This document shows positions 15,561 to 27,737 of a DNA stretch of 64,000 nucleotides, piece after piece (positions within the stretch are counted from its first letter, which is position 1; each line of letters starts with the position of its first letter). The notes below the pieces were generated by a model, which worked only from the letters and a program-made list of their open reading frames with translations, was not told the DNA's origin and made no database searches. Location of the stretch: NCBI RefSeq assembly GCF_009914755.1, contig NC_060938.1; one strand, written 5' to 3'. This DNA comes from the human T2T-CHM13v2.0 reference genome, Homo sapiens. The position numbers and the translations under genes are program-made.

Positions 15561-17758
15561 TATTTCTTTTAATTTAAAAAAAATTTACAAGCAATGGGGT
15601 GGTTTGTCCTGCAGACTTCCACATCCATTTTCTATATCCAGCTTCTTCCATAGAAGCCTATACTCAAATGAGATTTTTTTTTCCTTTGCAAAATATCAGT
15701 TGACTGCCAACCTGAACCAAATGACTTTCAGGCATCTTGCCAGTAGATGTTTTAAACAATATTACAAGTTGTAATAGGTGAGAGAAGTATCTTGCAGAGG
15801 TTTTTCTGAACAAGGTCTAGACCCATAAAATGAAATGATTCACATTTGGGTTGGCTCTTCCCAGGCTCTTCGAGCATCTAATTTAGGCAAGGACTGCATG
15901 GTGCCCAGAGTTATAAACTATCACATAATCTTTATTATCTGTACCTTTGAGCTTTCATTGATGCCAGGGAGCTCATTAATTAGCTCATTTTCCATGGGGC
16001 TCTTGGCCTTCCAGATGGAATCACTCCAAGCTCCCAGCAGCTTTCTGGTTGGAAGGCTGAAATTCTTTCAGGAGGGGAGACAGACTATAATCAGACTGGT
16101 TTAGAGGCCAGATTTTGGCTGTCATCGACTCAGATGTGCTATGTAAATTCTTCTGGCCATGCTGGAATTCTGTAAACTTGAAACCCACTGCTTGAAATGA
16201 GCAAGTCCTTGGCTAGCAAAGAAAGAAACGTGATTCCTGGAGTAAGAGCGACGCTGGTATGTCAAATGACAAGCTGTTGCAGCTGTCAAGGGTATTTCAG
16301 AAGGAATTGGGGATGAGCTTGAAGGTGAGTAAGAATTCCTCATGGGAAAAATACAAGAACAAAACAAATGTCGATAGTTGGTCTAAACTTTTTGGTTTTG
16401 CTTGAATGTGGACATTTTAATCTAGTCATTTTATCTTTTTCTCAGGACATTGGTGTGCCCAGTGGAAGTTTCCTACAAGGGGTGACAGCTCTGGACAGGG
16501 CATCAGGTGCCTGTGTGCTCACTGCAAGTCTGCCCCTGGTCGGCTATATGATCTTGGTCAAGCTGCTCTGTCTCTCTGGGTCCAGCTAGACAAGATGCTC
16601 ACTGAGTCCCCTCCTGACTCATTTGTGATTTTATAAGGGTTGCCTGGTACATGCTTTCTGAAGGGGAGAGCAAGGGGAGGAGGAACCAATGCAGAGACTC
16701 ACCACGGACCTGAGTCTTGGCAGGGAGGAGAGAGCAGAGGGAGCCTGGGGCTGAGGAAGACTGGGGGCAGGGGTGCTAGAGATGCCTCTCTTCTTTCACA
16801 AACCTCCTGTGCTGGCCTGCTCCCGGAGTGCTGTCCAGAAAGCCTCTTCAAGAAACCCATTACAAGTGACCACAAAGAATGCCCGTTCCAAGACATGCAT
16901 TCTGAGGGAGGTGTGCACCAAAGCTTTAGTGGGCAGGAAGCTACCCCACCACCCAGCTCCAGCACTGCTGGGAGCTGATTCCAGCCCAGCCACTCCTCAT
17001 GGCTTTTATATGGCCCTGCTGGGCCCTGGCGATCTGGTTTGAAAATCATGGTTCTATCTCAATCCAATCAATGGAAAACTGAATTTCAAGTGTTATCTCC
17101 CCTCAAACAAAAAACAAAACAAAAAAACAACAAAAAAAACAGGGTGAAAAAGAGCACACAGTGGCTCTCAACACAGCTTTCACCTTCCTCCCTGGATTCT
17201 GCCATTCCTGGATGTGCTTACACAGAGCTGGCTGCTCGGATTTCCCCTAGTGAATGCAACCAGTTACCGGACTGCGACAGGTGCATGGACCCCAGCACCT
17301 TCTCTCAAACACCCACGCTTGGAGGAAAACGTGGCAGCTCTCTCCCCAGCTGGGGCTTGGCCTGGGGTGCCCACCCTCTTTCTCATTAAGCAGCCCTTCA
17401 TCTGAGAGGTAAGAAACTCAAGTTCATCCAGCGTGTGAACCTGCAATGTGGGGTGTGCTAAGATCCAGGCGGGCTAATGATCACTAACAATGCTCCCTAT
17501 CCAACCCAGCAAGGCACACAAGGACAAAACCCCACCTACGGATCCAGCTGCATGCCTGAGTTTTGAGTACACAGCCAAAGAAAAAAGCATGCTCAGGTTG
17601 TCCAGAAAAAAAAGGAAACCTGAAAAAAAAAAAAAAACCACAATAGCGAGAAAGGGGGTCTAAGTTTCCTCGGAGGTCCTCAACTGTCTGTAGAAGTGCC
17701 CCACCCAGAACCCAAAATAAAATGAAGTAACCCCGCCCCTGGTCAGGGTCCTGTCTTT

Positions 17759-17764
17759 TTTATT
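17759..17764 (-). terminator. Proximal AATAAA poly(A) signal 15 nt after the CLMN stop codon
   Basis: Sense strand reads TGA-15 nt-AATAAA, with U/GU-rich ttcattttattttgggttctggg about 30-55 nt downstream. Confidence 0.55.
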
Positions 17765-17779
17765 ATCCAGACACACGTA

Positions 17780-17948
17780 TCAGAGCCTGCTAACATCCAG
17801 TTGTGGGAAGAGCAGCAAGCAGTACACCAGGAGCCACAGGAAGAGAATAAAATACATCATATCCGGCTGCTGGACAAGCTGTGTCAGGGAGTCACTCTGC
17901 GGGCTGTGGCTCCCCAGTGACATGGCTTCTCCTGAGCTGTTGGCCTTC
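17780..17948 (-). CDS. CLMN: Calmin exon 13, coding part (169 nt; C-terminal transmembrane anchor, TGA at 17782-17780)
   Basis: ctgtag|GAAG acceptor; KANSSGEA...MMYFILFLWLLVYCLLLFPQLDVSRL*; exons 2-13 total 2927 coding nt, fitting a ~1000-aa protein once exon 1 is added. Confidence 0.96.
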
Positions 17949-18859
17949 CTACAGAAGAAACACAGAGGAAACGCAGTTACCAAGCAGGTTCCCAGGAAAG
18001 TGGACCCCACCCAGTGCTACCCGTCTCTCCCCGGCCCCCACTCCCCGCCTGAAGACCCGAAGGCTCCCCAGCACCATGTCCAGGTAGGCCCCACACTGTG
18101 TGTACTGGCCCAAGGCAGTGCGTCGGGCCATCCAGGCAGCCCCTCGAGCTTTTGCACGTACTCCGTTCATCTCCATAACATCAGGTGAGAGGAGGTGGCA
18201 GCCCCATTCTGCAGATGGACACACTGAGGCTTTCGGGGTGGAGTGACTTGCCCAAGGCCATGCAATTAACTTGGCGACAGAGAGGGCGCCTAGGCCAGGT
18301 CTCCTGGGACACCTTTCTTGATGCCACAGTGCTCTCAGAGAGTGACACGGAGTTAGATACTGATCGCTTGCTGCTGTTTGTTAGTAACGCAGGGGACCCC
18401 ATAGGTCATCTAAGGGATGAAGTGTCCCTAATAGCAGATCATTTTAAATCATCTATCAGAAAGAAACAAAGACCTCTCCCATTCCCCACAGTTTTGTTTT
18501 GGCTTTGGAATATTACCTTTAAAATAATTACTAGATTTGATTTCAGTCAGATTTACCTTCCTGCTTTTATTTTATAGGTGGTAGTGTTAAAATGTCATTT
18601 CAGTTTTGCCTGGCGGATCATAGGGAAGCCCAGAAGGTTTTGCCTGGGGCTGGGGCCTCTGCTTGGAGCTGCATGTAGAGAAGCCTGCAGTGTAAGCCTC
18701 TTAGGGTGGTTTCGTGCGGTGTAATGGAGATTACGAGAGGCTAAAACCACTTGTCCCAGAACTATCTCCTGATAGCAGGAGCGAGGGGCAGGGTGGGATT
18801 AAACATCTGCCACAGTCTACATACTGAATGATAAATACCCACATGATGGTCTTCTTTAA

Positions 18860-19036
<177 letters not shown>

Positions 19037-19538
19037 TAAAGGTAATAAATGCTCAATGTAGACAACTGAAAACACGACTGCATTTCTCAACTTTACAGGT
19101 TCTATTTTCAACGCCTCTATCTCATAAGAGCAAAAAGGATTATTTTCCTATGAGCATATCCAGCCTGGTGGAAAACTTGAATTAGTATTTCCATTTCATG
19201 GCAGGGGAAAGGAGCTGTCTTGCTTCTTTTTTAGCAGCCAGAGGGATGGGGTTCTAATGACCACACTCTTGGGTGTTGGGTAATATTCAGACAGAGGCTT
19301 CCGATTCCAGTAATCTAAATCCTTCCAAGCCAATTCAAATCTGTGGCGAGTAAATAAAATTTTTTAAAAATAAAAACATAATAAAGCAACTCTATGACTT
19401 CAACAGGAATGGGGACGTCTCAGAATTGTAAGAATTTGAGACGTTTTTCTGGTTTCCTATGTTTTAAATGGGCAGGTTTCCAGCAATTCAGCAACATTAG
19501 GCCAGGCCAACAGTTCTCCGACAGCAAGAAATACTTTC

Positions 19539-19631
19539 ATAGACATCCTGGCATGTTTGCTTTCCCTCTTCATGTCTGCTCTGATGCCATAAAACTGTAA
19601 AATCAGCTCAGTAAGCTTCTGAGTATTGTAC
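19539..19631 (-). other. CLMN: Cryptic or fossil in-frame cassette exon 12b (93 nt; YNTQKLTELILQFYGIRADMKRESKHARMS) with GA donor
   Basis: CTGAC branch point, pyrimidine tract and ctgcag| acceptor; stop-free 31 codons in the phase 2-2 slot between exons 12 and 13; followed by gaaagt (gtaagt with one change). Confidence 0.7.
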
Positions 19632-20064
19632 CTGCAGTGGCAACAGGGAATGGACAGGCGTCAGGGGCTACAGCATTCACAGGGGCCACACAGCCTCACA
19701 AGACCACCACCTCTTCTCCTGCCTGGCCGTCCCTTTGCTAACTACCCTATACCACTAAACCACCCTATACTCTATACCACTCATTTAAACACAGCTGCAG
19801 GCTCAGAACCCAGACCCGTCTTTAAACTGACTCATTTTCGGAACCGGGCCCTAACCATCAGTGTTAATTAATATCTACTTTTCCTTTCTACTCATATTCA
19901 ATTTACATCATTTTCTCTGGAATAGTTATTTTCTTGCATTATCCCAAATTATTAATACTGTTATCAACAAAGCAGTGGGAGAATAACCACCCCTGTAAGG
20001 CAGGCTGCAGAATGTAAAAACATTTTATTACTACCCCCACAAAACCTGAAGTAAAGCCACCAAC

Positions 20065-20135
20065 CTGGTTAATATTCGGTTTCTTCTGTCATCCAGATCT
20101 GCTGCGTTCCTCAACTGAACATAGCTAAAATGATC
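20065..20135 (-). CDS. CLMN: Calmin exon 12 (71 nt; DHFSYVQLRNAADLDDRRNRILTR)
   Basis: ctgtag|GAT acceptor, CAG|gttggt donor; phase 0-2. Confidence 0.92.
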
Positions 20136-20751
20136 CTACAGTGAAATTTATAAACAAAAGCCCCCGCAACCCAATTAGTAAAGATGAAATCTCTGAAACA
20201 GAAGATAAAACGATTTTAAACACACAAAGCCGAGCATGCCGGGCATTTCTCAATACCGCCAGCGTCTAGATCCAAAATCAAAGTGCTAAACAATATACAT
20301 TCCTCTACCTCCTCCCCTAAGCCCCTCCCTTGTGAGTGCGAGAGACCCCACCACCCGGAACCCGGATTGGGGTGTGCTGCTCCGGGTTCTAACACATCTG
20401 CTACTGAGCACGTGCCACTGTCCATCGGACCTTGACTCATGTTGCACCTCTGTCTCTGAACGTGATCCTTCTGGGTGCGCGCGGGGTCCAGGTGAGGCGT
20501 TTTGGGTGCGTTTTTATAGCAAGGAGGCCTTTGGGCTTTAAAATCCTCACTTTATTTACATCTCTTATTGCCCAAACCGGATATCCGATCGGACTGTGCT
20601 TAATGATAAGGTTCCAATCTGCTTGTCTTCTATCCAAAAGTATAGCTGTTGCATGCCAGTAATTTCAAAGCTCTGGGCTGGGGAGGAGGAAGGATGGAAA
20701 GGAATTGATTAGCAGGGGCCGTGCGGAAAGAGAAGAAATTCACATACTAAC

Positions 20752-20812
20752 CGATTCCGAAGACCTATGAGTATGTCGTCGAAGGTAAATGCTGGAGTCA
20801 CTGTGACTAGTC
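20752..20812 (-). CDS. CLMN: Calmin exon 11 (61 nt; TSHSDSSIYLRRHTHRSSES)
   Basis: ttttcag|GACT acceptor, TCG|gttagt donor; phase 2-0 fits neighbouring exons. Confidence 0.92.
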
Positions 20813-22711
20813 CTGAAAAACAAACACATGTTTTGAATTGGTACCACCTGGAGCTCTTCATGGCTCAGTTGTACGGTCACCCCCATCCTGGGGTTTCCAC
20901 GTATGGGTTTAGGCAAGCGACAACTTCACAGCCAGGGACAGAAATGACAGATTTTATATCTAACATGCCTACTTTGGTTGGACAGTGCTTACAAATAGGA
21001 TGGATATTAGTGATACACACATTGGGCCCTCATCTACAAGAAAAATCAAAGTCAGGATTTTAAATAGAAAGCAAGGCACATATTCTTAAAAATCAAAGCA
21101 TTTGGAGCAGGAAGTAACCCAAGCATCCTGATGTGCTGGGACTCACCAGAGGTTCTCTGCAATTAGTCAGACCTGGGCCTAGACCAGGCTGCCCTGACTC
21201 TCTCTACCTGCGTCTGAGGTCCAAAATGTACAAGTGGGAATGCTTGCCTCGCACTTTTCACATTCCACCCAGTCCTAGCGGAATGGAGGGTAACGTCCTA
21301 TTTCCTTGAAGGATGGAGCCCCGCCTGAATCACCCCTGTGGCTGACCTCTTTCTCCCTCTCCTGAAGTCCCCAGGCCTAGCAGACTCCATTGCATAGTGG
21401 CTGCTCAAGGACTCTTTGAGAATTAATCTGCTTAGGGAGAAGCTGAGCAGTTGGGCAAATCCCCTGCACTGTTTGTCCAAAGTGCTCACCTGCACTGACA
21501 GCAGAGCCCAGCGACATGAGAAGATCATAGATGACTGCTAGACAGTCACACCCAGGGGCAGGGACAGGCACGCTGGGAGTCAAAGGCCAAGTGGGCAGCA
21601 GCCTTCTGTTGTGCCTTGGCCCTCCTCCCCCTGCCTCTGTTTCCCCAAAGTCCAGGCACAGAAGCAAGGCAGAGGGAGGTGGAAAGCCAGGCACCTGCCA
21701 GCAACTCCTCTGGCTCTGTCTGTATGGGCTTCTCCCTACCCCTCCCCAAATGCATACCTCAATAGTTTTCTGTTGCAGCTTGTATTACATCATCACAGGC
21801 AACAAGGGGGCACAAAAAGAATGTGGAATGTGGAGTGGGACACATCTGAGTCCAAGACTCCCTAAGCTGGGGAAGTTACCTGGCCCCCTGACCTTCTTTG
21901 TCTGCCATATGAGGCACAGTCCCACCAATGTGTCTATAGGTGACGTGAGAATGAATGAGAAAATGAATGTGAAGTTCCTGGGCACAGTAAGGGCTTGATC
22001 AACACTGACTGACTATTGTGACGATGAGAGGGGAGAGACCAGGGTCTTCTGATTTTCAGCAGTTACACATTTTCCCTGGGACAAATCTGGCTCATCTGGT
22101 GGCCTTGGAGTGACAGAGCAGAGGTGTGCTATGAGATTCCTGTAGATCAGTTAAATCTCATTATCCTCCCTGCTCCCTCCTTCTCCCAAGCTAAATCAAG
22201 CATCCCTGCTTCCTTGGAATGGGAATTGTGGAAGAAGCCATAATATTAATGAGATGTCCAGCTTCCATGTGCCAGACATTAATGGTCTCCTTGGTGGAAA
22301 GGTGGATATGCTTGAAGTCATTAAGATGCTTATAAAGTGAAGTCTGGTCAACCTGTAGTTGTCTGGGGGCCAGAAGGCAGCCAGCAGAGGCTCCAAGTCT
22401 ACCGCGTTCACCCCCACGCCTACCTATGGTTCAGCCATCTGCTGCTCACTGCCAGCTTCCACCCAAAGGTTTGAAGACTGAGGAGAGAAGGCAAGCTTCC
22501 CATCCTTCCCTTTTTGCTCCTTATGAGGTCTGGTAATGATGAGGGTGGGTCGGGGAACCCAGGTGTAGAGAATGAGGATTGTGTATGAAGCTGTATTTCC
22601 CTTGCTGTCCAATCCCATGCCTGCACCTCCCACCCCATCAAATCAGAAACTGCAAATAACTCTCTAACTCTCTGGCTCCACCTTACGGGTGAAAAGAGAT
22701 GAATAAAATAC

Positions 22712-22908
22712 CTGGAAGGAATGCTGTAGTCGCTACTGTCTTCTTCTAGGTCATCTGAGGATTGAACACTTCCTGGTGCTACAAATAGTGAACTTTCTAC
22801 GTGGTCCACATGTTTCCTTTTTTCCTTTTTTTTACTACTGATTGATTCTTTCGTTACATTTTCTTCTAGGGGGTTTGCTATGTTTTCCAGGTTTGGGGAT
22901 TCCTGGGA
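22712..22908 (-). CDS. CLMN: Calmin exon 10 (197 nt; SQESPNLEN...DYSIPSR)
   Basis: ctttcag|TCC acceptor, CAG|gtattt donor; continues the frame from exon 9. Confidence 0.93.
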
Positions 22909-23270
22909 CTGAAAGACAGAACAACCAAATCCAAGTCAGTATGTCACGCTGCAGTGTAAAGTAGGTGACATCACCCAGCAGTGCTCTGCCCAGGCCCAGC
23001 CAGGGCGTCCCTTCCAATTCTGCCTGTTCCCTGATCCTCTTCATGAATCCCCTGCAGCACAGCCTGCATGAGAGACAAGTCCACCCCAACTCCGGCCCCT
23101 GGTACAGACTTCAAATGCTACAAATTGATGGAGTTAAAACAATATAGGTTCTAGAGTTGGCAAGATCTGATTTCAAATCCTGGCTGAGTCAGCTCTGTGA
23201 CCTTGAGTGACTGATGTTATCTTTTTGAGCCTCAGTTTATTTGTTGGTGAAATGGGTACAATAATTATTA

Positions 23271-23726
<456 letters not shown>

Positions 23727-24244
23727 CTAGGTGGGCCAAAGGGTGCAAAGGTGGCCTATAGGTTTGGAGAGGCACACGCACAGGCAGGTGTAGAGTTTTC
23801 AGGATGCCATCTTCACTGTGCCTTTGGCCAAAGGTGGATGGTAGTGCAACATGTCTAGCATGTATTGGTAATGAAGATTCTTTGACCTCTGTCTGCACCA
23901 GGCACTCTGAAACCCGTCAGCAAGGCTCCCGAGTGAAATGCAGGAGCACGGTCATTGTTGGAGCCACGTCTCAAGAATTCTTTTAGGGGCTGGAAGAACC
24001 TGTTCAACAGGTGTCAGAATAAGAGCATTAGAGCGGCCAGGCCATTGTGCCCCGGGAGAACAAAGCTCCATGCAGGAATGAAAAGCTGCGCTCAGCAATC
24101 TGAAATGATAGTCTCACAGGCTGCCCTCATCAATGGTCAAATGCTACTGTTTTTGAAAGATGAAACAAGCAGAGGGCTTATTTATTTTTTCAAGATCAGA
24201 AGAAAAACTTGCCATTTTCTAGTCCCTTTGGCTGGGAAAATATC

Positions 24245-24577
<333 letters not shown>

Positions 24578-27195
24578 TAAAGGAAGGCAAGGTATCAGAG
24601 AAATGCCTCATCCCATCTCCTTGTCTGCCAGGACCCAAGACTCCCAGACCTCACCTTGGGCTCCTCATCAAACGGGCTGTACCCTCCCCCTACGCTCACC
24701 CACACGGATTGAGGCAAGGGCTGCACTTGGGAGCAAATTGCAAGGTGGGCTGGGGATCAGTGGGCAGTGCTTGCTGGGCAGGTGAGGCAGCGGACCGGAG
24801 CCAAGTGAGGCAGACGGTGTTGATTTCATTCCCACACTGCACCCAAGGGAGCTCATCTGCCCACGCTCTCACCAAGAGTGAGATCCATGTAAGATGGAGT
24901 TCAAATCTAGATCTCCCGATTCTACCACTGCAACCCAGGGCTCTTTCAGCCACACCGCAAATCACCTGTCCAAGTGCTGGACACATGCACTCTCTGCTTT
25001 TGGCAATTGCTGGAAGGAAAGCATTCGAGAACAAACTGCCACATTTGTATTTTCACAGGCCACATCCAATAGGCCAGGAGGGAGGATGCAAACCACTAAT
25101 TCATCATTTTATTTTATTTATTATTTATTTATTTATTTATTTTGAGACTTCAGAGAAGTCAGCACACAGCAGGCCATGGAAGCAAGTGGAGGACTGGGTT
25201 CCTCTCCCTGGGGGAAGAGGGGGAAGATGGCAGCCGTGGTCCCTGGCACCTGCAGAGCCATCCAGCCCTCTTCCCATCCATTCCACGGTTGGCAAACACG
25301 GAGTGTGCAGCCCTGCCCATGTGGCCCTCGGCCTGAGGATGCTGCTCCTCCTAGGGCTTAGGTAGCCACTCCTCATTGCTCAGATTTGGCAAACTGAATA
25401 AAACCAGCCCCCCACTTCTGGCCTAGCTAAAATCTGCAGTGTCTTTTAGGACGAACCTGATCCCTTATATTAATTTCCCTTATTCTCTTTATTGGCTCAA
25501 CTAATCTTCTAGGTCTTCTACCCCACTCATTCACACCAACTACTCAACTGTCAATAAACTTAAACTTAAAAAAGACTACTCGAACCAGACTTTTTCTGTA
25601 GCTCCCGCAGGGTGCAAGCCTCTCTCAATCCTCCAATCAGCTCCAGTCCTTTGGGCCCCTCACTGGGCTCTGATGAGCCAGGGCTTTGTCATGTATCTCA
25701 GTGTTTCATTTACCTTCCATTTGCTGTATGCCCCCGAAACCATCGTGTAATAAACCTTTGTCCCCTACACTGGCAGGCCCTGTCAGGCACCGTGCTGGTC
25801 TCTAGCATCCAAAGATCAATACACAAATGTCCACACTCTCTCGGGAGAGAAAAACAAAGCCCATGGAAATCAGGTAAGCACTCAAGGAGAGATTGTCAAA
25901 AATGTGATCAGCTATAGGGAGGGAGCAATGGCTCTGCCTGGGGAGGAGGTCGGAGGGCTTCTGGGAGGAGGTGCCATTTGCATTGACTTTGAAGGTTGAA
26001 TAACTGCTTGCCCAGATGGTGGGACCAGCCCAGTCACACCTGGAGGCAGAGGAGAGCCTGGATGTCTGGGGGTGTGGGAGGATGCTGGCTTGGCTAGAGG
26101 GGAGGGAGACAAAGAGGGGTGGGTGGCCAGGTTAGAGCGGGAAGAGTCTTGGAGTTCATGCTAAGACATTTAGACTTTGTCCTGGATGCAGCAGTCAGGA
26201 AGTGATAAGGTGAGACTTGTGCTTTAGGGTCATCCCTCTGCAAGCTGAGCTGGGGAGGAGGGACAGTGACAGACTGGGGAAGGGTCTGAGATAGAGGCAG
26301 AGCCAATGCAATCTGAAATAGCTGGTCACTTTCCCACCTGGCTCCTGCACTTAGGGGACCTCTACCCTTAGTCCCTCTACCCAGAACTTCCTCCCCAGTT
26401 CTAGGCTCCCCAAAACCCCCATGCAGCCTTTCTGGATCTGGGTGGGAGCCTCCTTCTGTTGAACTCCTGAATCCCTTCGCTGGGCCCATCTCTAATGGCT
26501 GAGGCCACATTCTCTCACAGTACAGTTACTGGGGACTCTGTCTCCCGCATTAGACACCGAAGGCAGGATTTTCCTTCTTTTTTTATCTTCCTGGCAGTGC
26601 CAGATGCATCGCTTTCCATGGGGTTGGATGAGTAAGCAGGTGAGCTCATGGAGGGGCTGGAGAGGCCGAGCCCAGGCCCTTCTCCTCCCTGGCTGTCTTG
26701 CCCTGGATGCCCTGTGTGCACTATATCCAGCAGGGCATGGCCAATGTGGTTTCGGACTCACCTCCTGGATCCCCAGTGCCGTAGCAGGACGCAGCACTTA
26801 TTAACGTGGCATCTGCAGGAGGAGCCTCCCCATCAGGCCAGCCGCCCAGGCACCCCCCTTCACTGATCACTCCAGTGGCCCTTTGTGAGCTACTGGGCCA
26901 GATGAAGTGGGAACACAAGTGGCAGATAAGAATGTGACCAGCTGCTCAAGCTCAGAAGAGCGCATGTCCCCTTATGCTATTTACACACCAATTTCAAACC
27001 ACAGAAACCAAAGATTAGTGCCCAACAGGCAAAAGTCCTTTAAAAAAATCAAAACTGGAGTCAAACATGAGGGCTTCTTCTGTTTCTCCTAAGTTACTGC
27101 AGAACAGGCTAGTGTTCACTAAGTGCATGCTAGATGTTAGCTACGATGACTGTTTTTTTCTTTAACTTTCTAATGCCTATGTTAGTGGTAAGTTA

Positions 27196-27390
27196 TGAGA
27201 GAACATCACATACCGGGGCCTGTGGGGGTCGGGGGCTAGGGGAGGGATAGCATTAGGAAAAATACCTAATGTAGATGATGGGTTGATGGGTGCAGCAAAC
27301 CACCATGGCACATGTATACCTATGTAACAAACCTGCACGTTCTGCACATGTACCCCAGAACTTAAAGTATAATAAAAAAATTTAAAAATA
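27196..27390 (+). mobile_element. Short L1PA 3' end
   Basis: ggagggatagcattagga...cagaacttaaagtataataaaa. Confidence 0.93.
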
Positions 27391-27492
27391 TATATATATA
27401 TATTTTTTGTTTTTCAACTTTTATTTTAGATTTGGGGGGTTCATGTGCAAGTTTGTTATGTAGGTATATTGCATGATGCTGAAGCTTGGGGT

Positions 27493-27654
27493 AATTATCT
27501 TCCAACCCCCCAAGCAGCCGTGTCAGCTTGGAGACCCTTGGGAGTCACAGCGAAGAAGGCCTGGATTTCCAGCCCTCCCCACCCCTCTCAAAGGCCTTCC
27601 ATCATTCCCCACGACCCCTTCTATTTCCCACACTATGAGGTTCCCCTGGCTGCA
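27493..27654 (+). repeat. Inverted duplication of CLMN exon 9 segment 29350-29510
   Basis: Manual alignment: 6 substitutions and one 1-nt insertion over 162 nt (~96%); ORF 27445..27669 reproduces IPHD.FYFPHYEVPLAA. Confidence 0.97.
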
Positions 27655-27737
27655 ATACCCAACGGTTAGTACACTATTCTCAGTACCTGGGTGATGGGGT
27701 CATGAAGGCTGACTCCAGCCTTGAGTTTTAAAGGACT

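Noticed and set aside
27445-27694. Plus-strand ORFs with calmin-like peptide as a paralogue or processed pseudogene
   Set aside because: Only 162 bp from inside one exon, with a frameshift, no exon junctions and no own poly(A) tail; explained by local inverted duplication.
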